Positions 35,789 to 47,943 of a stretch of 64,000 nt of DNA are shown in pieces. A model generated the notes under the pieces. The model was not told where the DNA came from, did not search any database, and worked only from the letters and a program-made list of their open reading frames with translations. The DNA is taken from assembly GCA_043228905.1 (NCBI GenBank), contig JBHGNT010000004.1, positions 14,756,001 through 14,820,000 on the forward strand. Direction: 5' to 3'. The position numbers and the translations under genes are program-made. The stretch comes from Azolla caroliniana. Lineage: Eukaryota; Plantae; Polypodiophyta. Each line of letters opens with the position of its first letter. Within the stretch, counting starts at the first letter, position 1.

Positions 35789-38700
35789 ACCTGTACGATA
35801 AAACCGAAGAAACCTTGTACCATAGGTAGGGAATTTTTGTTCTCCGACAGCAGAGCGTGTACGATAGTCGGCATCGGCGGCCGAGAGAAGACAAAGGCGG
35901 AGGGGAGACTTCGAGCGTGCGGAGTTCTCGGCCCTGACGAGGAAATCAACGGAGCCGTGGAGGCGGTCTCATTCGACGACACCTTGGGAATGCTGGGAAA
36001 GGTAGTCGAAGAAGGCCTTAACGAAGACCGGACGATACCGGTGTGTTCCAAGGAGATGTACGAAGTCATCGCGGACTTCGGTCGAGGGCTCGAGTCAGTT
36101 CGGACGGCCCACGTAAGCACCAAGTACAAGACTGTGGACCGGAAGGTAAGGCCAGTCGCGGCACCCTTACCGGAGGACAGCGCGTCGAGAATCAAAAGGG
36201 TTGCATCGGACCCTAGTCTACGAGATCCGGCCTGCATAGGACACACCTTCACCGACGAGACGCTCCGAGAGCTCAAAATCGGTGGGGGCGGGTTCCTACT
36301 GCCGGCGGAGGAAGACCGGTTTCGGAGAATGCTCGGAAGGCACGGGAAAGCCTTCGCATTCTCACCGGAGGAAATCGGGTGCGTAGACCCGACGACCGTA
36401 GAGCCGATGGTGATATTCACGGTACCGCATGTACCGTGGAATCTCAAGCCAATTCCGGTTCCGAGAGCTCACATCCCGAAGTTGATGGAGCTGTTGAAGC
36501 AGAAAGTTGATATGGGCATTCTCGAGCCGTCGAGCGCCCCATATTCGAATCGATGGTTTACCGTACCGAAGAAAAACGGTTCGTTGCGCTTCATCCAGGA
36601 CCTGCAGCCGGTCAATCGAGTGACCATTCGGAACGCAGGGATCGGACCGACCATAGACGAGTTCGCGGAGGCCTTCGCCGGAAGGTCAATTTACTCGGTC
36701 GGGGATCTATACTCAGGGTACGACCAGTTCCAGCTAGCCGTGGAGAGCAGAGACATTACGACGATGCGAACTCCCCTCGGCCTAGTTCGGATGTGTACAC
36801 TGCCGCAAGGAGGGACCAACTCGGTGGCCCACATGGTGAATGCGATGAACAGGGTTCTGAGGGACTGTATCCCGGACATCACCATGCCGTTTCTGGACGA
36901 CATCCCGATCAAGGGATGCCCGGTGGAAGAAAAGGACGAGACGATCGGGCCGGACGGATGCCGGCGATTCGTGGCGACGCACATCGACGACTGCGAGAAG
37001 GTGCTGCAAAGGCTAGAGGATGCGAGACTCACCTTCTCCGGGGAGAAGTCGGCCTTCGGGCAGTCAGAAATCATGGTGGTCGGACACCTGTGCGGACCAT
37101 ATGGCCGGAAACCGTCTCCGGCAAAGGTAGAAGCCATCTCCGCGATGAAGCCCGACTGCAGCTCGGTCACGGAAGTACGGAGATTCCTGGGGGCATGCGC
37201 GTTCTACCACATATGGATTCCGCATTACGCACACGTCGCGGAGCCACTGTACGGGTTGCTGAAAAAGGGGCGAAGGTTCGAATGGCTAGACGAGCACGCG
37301 GAATCGGTCCGGAAGCTGAAAGAGGCCCTTGCAGCGGCACCGGCACTCCGGAAGGCGGTATACGGGAAGGGTACCCCGGTATTCATAACGGTGGATACCA
37401 GTCCGACCGGGATCGGATGGGTCGTGAACCAGGAAGACGAGGACGGCAATCGGTTTCCGATCCGATTCGGCGCGAAAGTCCTCAGTGAACGGCAGCGAGG
37501 ATACGCCCAGGTTAAACGCGAACTCTGGGGTATTGTTTCGGCGGTTAAGGCCGACAAAGACTACCTGATAGGGACAGAAGTGATCATCGAGACGGATTGC
37601 CTGCCGATTCTCGGTATGGTTTCCGGATGCGCGACTCCGGACCTGGCGATGCTTAGGTGGATAGCGTACATCAAGTCCCTGGACCCGGAAATACGACACA
37701 TTTCCGGGAAAGACAACGTCATGGCCGACATGCTTTCGAGGGCGAGGTTCGACGACGAGGGCGGCATGGTTTCGGAAGACGAAGAAGTCGGCGTGGATTT
37801 CTTCGAGGCGGCATACATAACGACCGACGGGATGAGCACTCCGGCGCTTAACGAGTTCGACGCGAGCAAGTACGACGGGGAGTGGCTGCAGATCGGCGGG
37901 TTTTTGAAGACAATGACGCCCGATGCGTCATGGACGAAGGACGAGGCCAACCGGATCCGGAAGAAAGCATATCGATTCTTTCTCCGAGATGGGCATTTGT
38001 GGAAGCACCCGAAGAAGAGGAACGGCGTCCCGCTCCGGGTGGTGGCGATGAAGGAAGAACAGGAGGAGCTACTGGCGGCCTACCACGACAGCCCTTGGGC
38101 TGGACACCGTGGAACGTGGGCGACATTTGAGAAGCTGAAGGGGAAGTACTGGTGGCCGGGATTGTACCGGGACGTGCATCGGTTCGTGTCAACTTGCGAG
38201 AGTTGTCAGATGCACTCGATAGTCCGACACCGGGACGGGCTTCGCCCTACGTACCCTCCGACTATCCACTTCAAATGGATGGTAGATCTGGTGACGATGC
38301 CGATGGGGGTAGGACAGATGCGGTATCTGGTCCTAGCGCGGGAAGACCTGACGAACCAGGTGGAAGGCCGAGCCCTTCAGAACAAGACAACCGCGGCCGT
38401 ATGCCGGTTCCTAATCGAGGACGTGATATGCCGGTACGGGTGCGTCGGGAAGATCGTGGCTGACCGAGGGGAGTTGGACGCCGAAGAAGCCGCGGAGCTG
38501 TTCGACCGGCTGGGAGTCAAGCTCTCGCTCACCACTGCGTACAATCCGGAGGCGAATGGAAAGGTGGAGCGCGGACACGGACCGATCGTCAAGGCGTTGG
38601 TTCGGGCGTGCGGAGGCCAAGTCGGAAACTGGCCGCGGCTGCTGCCTTATGCTTTGTGGGCAGACCGGACCACGCACAGTTCGGTAACCGGGTACATGCC

Positions 38701-39220
38701 GACGGAGCTCATGTTCGGCCAGAAGCCGATCATGCCGATAGAACGGACGATCTCCTCGTGGGCGACGGTCGACTGGAGGGACGAGATGAGCCGGGAGGAG
38801 TTGTTGGCCGCACGTATACGACAGCTCGAGCGGAGACCGGAGGACGTGGCACTGGCTGCGGAGAAGCTCCGGGTGGCGAGGACAAAGAACAAAGCCCGGT
38901 TCGACCGAACGCACCGGCTCCGACCGAAGAAAATCGACGAAGGTGACTGGGTGCTCGTCTACGACAGCAGCCTCGATAACCAGCACCGAGCTACACGGAA
39001 GTTCGCGCGAAGGTGGTTCGGGCCTTACGTGGTGCGGAGCGCCAATGACAACGGGACATATCACCTGGCGGAACTAGACGGCACGAGAATGGCGATACCG
39101 GTTGCAGGGAAGCGGATCAAAGCGTTCAAGAAGCGACACGACGACGAGCCCGACCCAGCTCTCCTAGTCAGCAGTGACGAAAGATCCGAAAGCGAGGAAG
39201 AACCGACGGGCGAGAAATGA
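35723..39220 (+). CDS. Pol (RT-RNase H-integrase, no chromodomain) of element E, -1 frame relative to ORF1
   Basis: Frame is open from the slippery site into the 1127-aa ORF 35837-39220; FLDD, DTSP, HHCC, DRGE/NGKVER, RWFGPY motifs. Confidence 0.95.
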   Translation, partial: GFLERAAKAWGRDSPDTPGKPHTCTIKPKKPCTIGREFLFSDSRACTIVGIGGREKTKAEGRLRACGVLGPDEEINGAVEAVSFDDTLGMLGKVVEEGLNEDRTIPVCSKEMYEVIADFGRGLESVRTAHVSTKYKTVDRKVRPVAAPLPEDSASRIKRVASDPSLRDPACIGHTFTDETLRELKIGGGGFLLPAEEDRFRRMLGRHGKAFAFSPEEIGCVDPTTVEPMVIFTVPHVPWNLKPIPVPRAHIPKLMELLKQKVDMGILEPSSAPYSNRWFTVPKKNGSLRFIQDLQPVNRVTIRNAGIGPTIDEFAEAFAGRSIYSVGDLYSGYDQFQLAVESRDITTMRTPLGLVRMCTLPQGGTNSVAHMVNAMNRVLRDCIPDITMPFLDDIPIKGCPVEEKDETIGPDGCRRFVATHIDDCEKVLQRLEDARLTFSGEKSAFGQSEIMVVGHLCGPYGRKPSPAKVEAISAMKPDCSSVTEVRRFLGACAFYHIWIPHYAHVAEPLYGLLKKGRRFEWLDEHAESVRKLKEALAAAPALRKAVYGKGTPVFITVDTSPTGIGWVVNQEDEDGNRFPIRFGAKVLSERQRGYAQVKRELWGIVSAVKADKDYLIGTEVIIETDCLPILGMVSGCATPDLAMLRWIAYIKSLDPEIRHISGKDNVMADMLSRARFDDEGGMVSEDEEVGVDFFEAAYITTDGMSTPALNEFDASKYDGEWLQIGGFLKTMTPDASWTKDEANRIRKKAYRFFLRDGHLWKHPKKRNGVPLRVVAMKEEQEELLAAYHDSPWAGHRGTWATFEKLKGKYWWPGLYRDVHRFVSTCESCQMHSIVRHRDGLRPTYPPTIHFKWMVDLVTMPMGVGQMRYLVLAREDLTNQVEGRALQNKTTAAVCRFLIEDVICRYGCVGKIVADRGELDAEEAAELFDRLGVKLSLTTAYNPEANGKVERGHGPIVKALVRACGGQVGNWPRLLPYALWADRTTHSSVTGYMPTELMFGQKPIMPIERTISSWATVDWRDEMSREELLAARIRQLERRPEDVALAAEKLRVARTKNKARFDRTHRLRPKKIDEGDWVLVYDSSLDNQHRATRKFARRWFGPYVVRSANDNGTYHLAELDGTRMAIPVAGKRIKAFKKRHDDEPDPALLVSSDERSESEEEPTGEK

Positions 39221-39274
39221 AGACGGGCCGGTTTTCTCCGTCCCAACTCTCTTGGTGCATACCGGAGGATGCAC

Positions 39275-39291
39275 GGTTAGGTGGGGGCGGA
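39275..39291 (+). promoter_or_regulatory. Polypurine tract of element E
   Basis: GGTTAGGTGGGGGCGGA immediately before 3' LTR. Confidence 0.85.
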
Positions 39292-40095
39292 TGTCGTGAA
39301 GAAAACCGTCCATAGGCGAAATCGGCGCACCAAGGCGTGGGAACCGGTTCTTCACGCGCGCACGCTCCGAGTTGTACATAGAAGCGAATTAGGAGGATAA
39401 TCGGCGGGAACGGGCCCTAAAACAAGTGGAGACAAAGACCGCGCGAACAGTCTTTTCGGTCGCGCGCGCGAGCGAAGGAACCGTACGAGTCGGCGGCGTA
39501 ACTACGCGGATGCGTGAAGGACGAAGCGAATCCCTGTCCAAAAGGGACAGGGAATAAAGCTGACATGACGGCCTATATAAGAGCGGGAAAGAGCTGTTGC
39601 AGGTATCGCGCGCGGAGAGGACGAAGTGCTGCCGAACCGATTTCGGAGCTTCTCTCTCACTCCTGCTTTCTCTGTCTTCTGCTCCATCGCGTACCTGTGC
39701 AGGTTTCGAGGAGGCTTGCGCTGTTCCGTGGAACGCCCCGAGTGCGTCCTGCAGCACCTCCGACCTGTTTTCCCTTTCTGTGCGTCGCGACATACAGGGG
39801 TCGGCATCTGTTCGCCGCCCTGTTCGTTTTCGTTAGTATCTATTTCGTGCCCCACCGTGGGTTGTAATACTTTAGTCTGTTATTTTCTCGCATTCATAAG
39901 TACATACCTTTCGTTGTTGCGTCCGTCTGCGTCGGCGTTTATTTGTGATCTCTGTCTGTTGGGCCGTGTCCCTGTGCAATCTTCGGTTCTGTGTAATCGG
40001 GTCTCTCTCTCTTACTCCTCTCTCTCTTGCTCTTCGGTCCAAGACCCCCGTGGTCCCTCCTCCTTTCTGCACGCAAGGGCGTAGCAACCCCGACA
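39292..40095 (+). repeat. 3' LTR of element E
   Basis: Duplicate of 32759-33562; followed by TSD ACGT. Confidence 0.97.
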
Positions 40096-41931
40096 ACGTC
40101 GTCGCTCGTATTTTCCACCTGTGCTTGGTGTTGATCGGCCACTTACCCTTCTTGTAGAAGTCCATGGACATCAGGTTGATCTCCGAACCGTGGTCTACCA
40201 ACGCCACCACCGGCTCCTGGATGCCTCTGATCCAAATGGGGGTCTGCGTAATGGCTCTAGCCCAATGCAGCCTCGAATAGTGGCTTTCTGCCAAATCATC
40301 CACTAGGACCATATCTTCCAGGTGCGTCATTTGCACCTCCACCGACTTCTCCAGCTCCGGCTCCGTCGAAAGCCGTTTCCACTTCACCAAGTCCACGATG
40401 GAGTCGTGGAACTCCTTCTTGGCGATCCCGAGCACTTCCCTTAACGACAGCTCCACCTTGTTGTCGAGGATTCGTTCCTCCAACATCTTTCGTAGATCCG
40501 TCGTCCTTTCTATCTCGGTGCTCAGTTGGTAACCGGCCTTCTTTGTCTTGTCCGGTGCGTCGGTGGTATCAGCGGCATTTTGCTTCGACCCAAACCTGGT
40601 CTCATACCGTTGCGAGGGTCTGGCCCCTCTGGCTTTTCCTGCACGCTTGTCCTCTACCAGAACCTCATAGTTCTGGCACGCAGATTCCACGAAGCCGGTC
40701 TTTTCCTCGACCGGGTCGTCCCACTTGGTGACCTCCCAGACCCATCTTTCCGCGTGGTGCGCTTCCTCCTTCCTCAACCGCACGCCAGCGAGGCCTTCGC
40801 CCTCTGGCCTTTGTCCCTCCTGACCTGGATTCCTGCCGACGCTGAGTAGTGGATGGTCTCCGCATGGCGCACCACCGCTTCTTCCATCAGCTGCTTCATT
40901 CCTCCGCATCTGATGTTCAACTCCAGGGCTCTCCGGGTCTCGCTAGCATTCACCCGCCTATTCCACAAGTACACCACGTTAGCCTAAGCACTTCCGCAAA
41001 GTCCCCGCATTCCTTCCGGATGTAACAGACCACGTCACACCACAAGCACCGATGCCCAGCTGGAGGCCTCCGGTCATGAGGTTGCTCGCCGCTGTCCCTC
41101 CTCGCCTGTGCAATCTGGAGGTCTCATACCGTCTGCGTCAACTCTTCTAGAGCCGCTCCTCTGGATAAGCCTTTGACCACGCTGGTCGATGTTGAGCCTG
41201 TCTCGAGCCAATCTCGGGTTTCCTCCCTTCGCGCCAGTGGGGGTCCCTCGAGCTTTCTTGCCGCAACAAATCCTGCCCCCGATGAGCCCTTGTTGCTCCA
41301 CTCACGCCGTTTGTCCAAACTGTCACAGACTCTTTTCACCAAGGCCTAGTCGGGTCGTCAGGCCGTTGTCTGTCTCCAACAGGAGACCCACTTGCTCCTG
41401 GTCCCGCACATCCACACCCTTTACAAAAAACACAACCCAACTCGTATCTAGTATGATCATGTCCAGTGCCGAGAGCCGTGCAAAGCATTCCTCAAACTCC
41501 CAGAGGAGCACCGACGCGTTTCTCCCCTTTTCAGGTGTCTCCACCCACTCCATGAAGCGCGTCATCAAGCCCGTACTTCTCAAGGACCCAACCTTCGAAC
41601 TCTTCCCAAGTCCAGCACTTAGCCCACACCTCAAGCACCTCCACATGGATGCCCGGCATTGTCACCCGAGGGAATCCGGCTAGCCGCCTGTCCTCTGGAA
41701 TGTCCCTCATTACCATTTTCACTCAATAGGCCTCTAGATAGCTCGTGGCGTCCTTCCCACCGAACCGGCCTATTGTACCAACAATCGCTTCGATGGCCCT
41801 GTCGAGGGTGCCTGTGCCCTCACACGCACTCACTATCCGATCAACGGCAGAAGCCATGGCTTCGGCAAGCTCTGATCCCCTCATCTTTCGATTCCTCTAC
41901 CGCCTTGTTTCACGTCAGGTTCACCAAATAA

Positions 41932-42583
41932 TGTCGTGTTGTTCCGCTTGCACGGGAGAGACTAAGGCGAGACCACGGGGGCCTTGAACCGAGGAATAAC
42001 CGAACAGAGGGAGGAGCAACACAGGAACAATGGTCGAGCCACACACACACTCAAATACACAGAGCTTGCAACCGATTCGACAATGGAAGACAAGACGAAT
42101 ATATATATATTAGGGTTACAACCGGCAAGTTGGTGAGCGACAACACTCTAACACTCACACGCACACACAGAAACGCGAGATGGAGACTCTACCGGAAGCA
42201 CTCGGGCTTTCCACGATGCAGAGGCAGCCTCCCAAAACCCTGCCGAGAGCAACAACAGAGAAAGACAAAGGAGAAGATCTCGGTCCTGGTTCGACAGCAC
42301 TGCATCCTCAACAGAACGCCCCCCTGACTCTGCCCCTTTCCCTCTCTTTTATAGCCCAAGGAGGGAAAGACGTTAGAACCGGTCACAACACCATTATTCT
42401 CTGTCCTTTCGGACAGAGATACTCCTCGATTTCCTACCTAATGAATACACGCTACCTAGGACATTCGCATCGGCCGGTCTATACCTAACTATGTACAATA
42501 CATCAAACTTTGTGCCCCCGTGTAAGGGCCGGTTTACGCACACTATTCCTGGATTCCGCCTCGGGACGATTTTCTTCTCAACA
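41932..42583 (-). repeat. 5' LTR of element D
   Basis: Homologous to 8714-9348; adjacent PBS TGGTGAACCTGACGTGAA (41909-41926); flank ACGT. Confidence 0.9.
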
Positions 42584-45500
42584 ACGTTTGTGGACTACCA
42601 CATAACACGTTGTGAGGCTCTCCACAACTTGGCCCAGGAAATGTCCTCCTTGATTGCTTATTAGTTCAATCGGACAACCATACCAGCACCATATAAGCTC
42701 GTATAGGAACTTTGATGCGGATGCCGCCGTATTATCCCTGAGTGCCTTTGCTTCCACCCATTTCGTGCAGTAGTCGGTCGGTGGCCACGATAATGTATAT
42801 GTTACTGGTCCTCATTGTCGGTGGTTTGAATGGTCTGACAAAGTCCAGTCCCCATTTCTGGAATGGTTCTAATGGTAATACCGAGTGATGGGGCATTTAG
42901 GCTTGCTCGGTTGGTTGGCCTAATTGTTGGCAAAGGTCGCATTCCTTACCGTACCTGATGGCGTCTTTTAAGGTTCTCGGCCACCATAACCCGCTTTACC
43001 ATATCTTGCAGGTTGTCGCATCGTCGGCATAGTGGCCTCCGGCTATTCCGTAGTGATCTTCTTTTAAAATCGTTTCTTTTTCGTCGCTGCATACCGCTCG
43101 CCGCCAGATTCCGTCTGCTCCTTTGTGATATAGGGTATCCTGGATAAGGCAAAAGTGGCAGCCTCGAACCACTAATCTCTTCCATTTGTCCCGATCCATT
43201 TAGTCGGGAGGTAATCCGGTGCTCAGGAACTTATGCATGTCTGTGAGCCACTTGTCCTCCTCAGCAACTATTGAGTCAATTGTCGGTTCTACTATTACCC
43301 TGAATAACTCGGCATCGGGGAACTTGTCTCGTACTCCGTCTCCTGCTTCGCTAGATTCTAGCCGGCTCAAGTAATAGGCTACTACGTGCTACGCCCCGGG
43401 TCGGTGGTAGATGTCGAACTCAAATTCTTGTAACAGTAGTGTCCATCTTGCTATTTTCCCAGTTAGCTACGCCTTAGACACCAAGTAAATCAGTGATGAG
43501 TGGTCCACGTGAAATGAAAACTTCCGCCCTAGCAAGTAGTGTCGATACTTGGTTACGCTATACACCATTCCGAGAGCTTCCTTTTCTGTTGTGAAGTAGT
43601 TGTGTTCGGCCTTCGAGAGCTTCCGGCTTGCGTAGTACACCGGCCGGTACCACTTCGGTTCGATGAGTTGCATAAGGACACTGCCAATTGCTATGTCCGA
43701 TGCGTCGATAAACACATGGAAACTCTTCGTCCAGTCGAGAGGTTGCACCACCGGGGCTTGTGACAGCATTACCTTTAATGCTTGATAGGCCTTTTCCTTC
43801 GGCTCCACCCATTGAAAGGGCAATCGGTGCACTGCTACATGTAGTGGTGTCGCGAAGTCAGCCAAATGTCGTAACATTTAGCTATGCCACCGGATTTGTC
43901 CTAAAAACCGGCTCAGGGTTTTTGCGTTATTTGGTGCGGGTGCTTCCAAGATTACCCTCACCTTATCCGGGTTCACCGCAATTCCCTCCTTACTTACAAT
44001 GTGTCCCACCAGGTTGCCACTGGTTACTGCGAACACGCACTTTGCCGGATTCAGGCTTAGTCGGTATTCCCGACATTTCTCCAAGCATAACCGGAGGTGA
44101 TCCAAATGTTCGTCCTGAGGATTGTACACCATAAAATCATCTAAAAAGACCTGCATGAATGCTGAGATATACTCCCCGAATATTTCCATGATGATTCGTT
44201 GAAAAGTTGTTGGTGTCGTTTTTAGCCCGAACATCATTACCACTACCACAAACACCCCCCATTCGGTGACAAAAGCCGTTTTCACTTAGTCTGCCGGGTG
44301 CATTCGAATCTGGTTGTAACCGCTAAATCCGTCTAAAAAACTATATACTTCATGCCCAGCCACCGCATCCAACACGTCGTCCGTGAACGGTAGTGGGAAC
44401 ACATCCGTTACTGTGGCCACATTTAGCTTCTGGTAGTCCACGCATACCCGAATCTTACCATTTTTCTTAGGTACTACCACAATCGGGCTCAGCCACGTTG
44501 CTTGCTCTACTAGCCATATGAACCCGACTCTCAGTAGCTTGTCGATTTCTTCCTTGACCTTCACCGCATAATTGGGATTCATTTGGTAACGGCGTTGTGC
44601 CACCAGTTTGGCGTCCGTGCTGAGGTGGATCTGATGCTAATAAAGTTGGGGATCCAATCCTCGCATGTTCTCGTAGGACCGGGTGAACACGTCTCGGAAA
44701 CTTGTGAGTAATTCGACCATCGCCTTCTTTTCGTCCCGTGGTATTTCTTTGGGTATGTTCACCGATCTGGGTGTGTCGTCGGTACCATGGTCCACTTCCT
44801 CGAGCTAGGATGCTTTTACTCTTTGGGATATGGTCATTTCCCTTTCCAATGATTCTTGTGCTTGTCGTAACTCCCGGGTCGCTTCTTGCTCCGGTTCATC
44901 CGATTCCTTTCCCGGGTTCGTCACATATGGTATGACGGCTTCGGTTATGTCTACCTCAAATAATGGCACAATCTTCGGGTGCTCTTCCAAGTAACGGTCG
45001 ACTTCTTCATCAGCTAACCCGTCCAGCATGTTGATGCTCTCCGCATATAGGGGGGTTACTTCCTTATTGGTTCCTACTCGTGGTTGTGTCGGTATGCATA
45101 CTTTGGTCTTTCCTCGTCGAAAGGTGATTACATTCTTTTGCCAGTTTTGTTTTATATGCGCAATCCACAGCCATGGTCTTCCTAGCAACAGGGGATAGGC
45201 CCTTTGCACATTAAGTTGTAATACTACTGCCGATATCCAGAATGCGTATCCTCCGATTGTGATGTCCAAGTCCCAGATGAGTCTGGTTGGTCGAACCGAA
45301 CTTGTATCCGCCATTCTTAGCCAAAATGGACACGGTTCCCAATCTCGAATTCCCAAGGTGTCACATGTCCCCTTGCTGATGACGTTCACCCCTAAACCAC
45401 TGTCAATAATGGTTCTAGTGATCTCTTTGCCTTTAACAATCACTGTGATGGTCAGGCTGGTTGTGTCCACCACTGTCAATCCTTCCTCTAGATTGGAGAA

Positions 45501-46206
45501 GAATGTCGGTGCCGGCTCCTGATGTGGTGCGGTGAACGTTGTTTTGAGACCTTCAGTGAATCGGGGGACTAATTGTATCAAGCGCCCCAATGGTAACACG
45601 ATCTGGCATTCTTGTAATGCCTGTCAAGTTGGGTCCTTGTCAGTACTCTTTACGGGCTACTTCGACTGTAAGTTTTGTTCCTGTATCTCAGCCACATTAC
45701 GTTCATTGGCTTTCTTGATCCATTCGGTGGCTTGCTTCCGAATATGCTCCTGAGTTTCCCACTCGGCCGCTTTTCCTTTGGAATGGGTAGTGACTTTGTT
45801 TTTCATTACCCTTGACCGGACATTGGTTGCTATAATGCCCATCCTTCCGGCAATAATAGCAATACGCCTTTCGGTTGTTGCCTGACTCCCTCTTGTCCAT
45901 GTTCCCGTTCTGTGCATCGGAGTTTATCCGGCGGTTTTCCTCCGTTTGTCATTGCTTCGGTGGTGTCACAACGATGTTTGTGCTTCCTAGATTGTACTCT
46001 TTTGGCTGCTTCCCTACGAAAATACCCTCGTTTTTTGTTGCGTCGGAAATTCCAGTTTCCTTGTCGTTCTGGATAGCATCTATCATCCCTTCTCCGGTTG
46101 TAATCCGAGGAGTAGTCCAGTTCATACCGATCACGGTTGTAGCCTTCCCTACGTTGGTCGTCACGATCGCGCTCATAGTCGTCGCGTCTTCTATCATTGT
46201 ACCGAT

Positions 46207-47592
46207 CAGGGCCTGAATTTGACGGGTTAGTCTTAAAGTTTTTTGACGGGCATTTTTTAAAGATGTATGTCATATGACGTAAGAGTGCAAAAATTAACAT
46301 GTCATTTGACATACAAATTTCTTATAATGAAAAGCTCTATATGATGCTTCATTATTATACATTTTATTACTATAGAAGGTACACAAATAGACACAACTAC
46401 CTCGCAAAGATAATGAAATACAGAAAATAAATATCGTGTTAATGTTTTTTTTTTACCAAAAAAGTGTTAATGTTTTTTAAGCCAAAGTACAAACTATATA
46501 TGTATCCATAATCATAATTCATTCTTGCAAAGTGGATACAATAAGCTTCAAACAAATAATCATACAAATCGAATACTGATAATCATACAAATCTTAATAG
46601 AATGTTGTTGTGCTTGGTTCTTTGTTTTCCCCCTGAAATTATTTAAATAATAGACATCTAAAAATGTACTAAAAGTATTTCATTTCACTATAATAGAGAC
46701 ATTGAAGTTATTGTTTAGGTATTAAGGTAATACAAAAACAATATTGTATAATAACTTGTTAAATGAACATAATATGATAGATATTCATGGTAACTTACAT
46801 TTTTAAAATGTAGTTAAAAAATGTTGAAGGTTGAAGGCTGTTTTTGTTCTATTCCCACTGCACAAAAAGGCTACATAGAATCAATAATTTTTAATTGGAA
46901 CAATAGCTTGCTACCTAATAGTAAGTACTCACCTTTTCCTATACTAATAAGTTATTATTAACCCTAATTTTTTAATAAAGCATAGTAAAACGTAATAAGT
47001 ATGTATAAAACAATAGGTTAGTAAAACATTTAGTTTAAAAAAACTTAAAATCAAACCTTATTGAAATGAAATACTTTTAGTTTATTTTTAGAGGTATTAA
47101 GGTAATACAAAAACAATATAATAACTTGCTAAATGAACATAATATGATAGATGATCATGGTAACTTACATTTTTAAACTGTAGTTAAAAAATGTTGAAGG
47201 TTGAAGGATGTCTTTCTTTGTTCTATTCCTGCTGCACAAAAGGCTACATAAAATCAATCATTTTTAAGTTGAAAAATAACTTGTTACCTAACAGTAAGTA
47301 GTAAGTAGTAAGTACTCACCTTTTTCCTATACTAAAAAGTTATTACTAACCCTAATTTTTTAATAAAGCACAGTAATAAGTATTAAGTATTAAGTAATAA
47401 GTAATAAGTATGTATAAAAAAGTAGGTTAGTAAAACATTTACTTTAAGAAAACTTAAAATCAAACCTAGAGTGACTAGTCTACACTCTAGTATTTTTTAG
47501 AGTATTTAATAAAGCACCAAGGTTATTGTTTAAAATTTAAATTGATTTGAGGATTCATCATTACAATTTATATGATATTATTTTAAGCGTGT

Positions 47593-47624
<32 letters not shown>

Positions 47625-47943
47625 GATTAGAATTTAGTATATTACACACTTCATACTATATAGTCAAATTGAATCTTGATACTACATAGATGATAGTATG
47701 ATAGTACATATATTTAAATTTTATATGACAATATGTGGTATATATATATAATATATATGAATAATGACATAGAAAATAAAATTTTAGCATGTCATTTGAC
47801 ATGTATAATTTTAAGGGGCCTTTCACATGAAAAGGAAAATTTTATACTTTATATGTCACTTGACGGACATTTTTAGTAGGTGTATGTTTTTGACGGGCAA
47901 AATGGCCTTTGACGGGCATGACACCCGTCAAATTCCTGCCCTG
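46207..47943. mobile_element. Non-autonomous hAT DNA transposon in F gag
   Basis: 21-bp TIR CAGGGC(CT/AG)GAATTTGACGGGT, perfect 8-bp TSD GTACCGAT, subterminal TGACGGG repeats, internal ~375-bp duplication. Confidence 0.93.

Larger units (their letters stand above)
32759..40095 (+). mobile_element. Intact, very young Ty3/gypsy element E (tRNA-Trp PBS lineage)
   Basis: 804-bp LTRs with only two substitutions noticed, 4-bp TSD ACGT, PBS, PPT, uninterrupted ORF1 and pol. Confidence 0.98.
30258..42583 (-). mobile_element. 5' half of gypsy element D (5' LTR, PBS, decayed gag-PR and RT), interrupted by solo LTR and element E
   Basis: Fragments 41884-40096, 32758-31960, 31155-30258 are collinear with E proteins; PBS 41909-41926; LTR 41932-42583. 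Confidence 0.92.

Noticed and set aside
35837-35839. TTG as independent pol start codon
   Set aside because: Frame is open and conserved further upstream to the slippery site; a frameshift explains it better
36553-37488. 311-aa alternative-frame ORF and long antisense ORFs (34333-35175, 35671-36447, 38411-39064) in E
   Set aside because: Expected shadows of GC-rich coding sequence; not open in AT-rich homolog C
39872-40909. 345-aa minus-strand ORF as a novel gene
   Set aside because: Chimera of D gag-protease reading through into the antisense of E's 3' LTR
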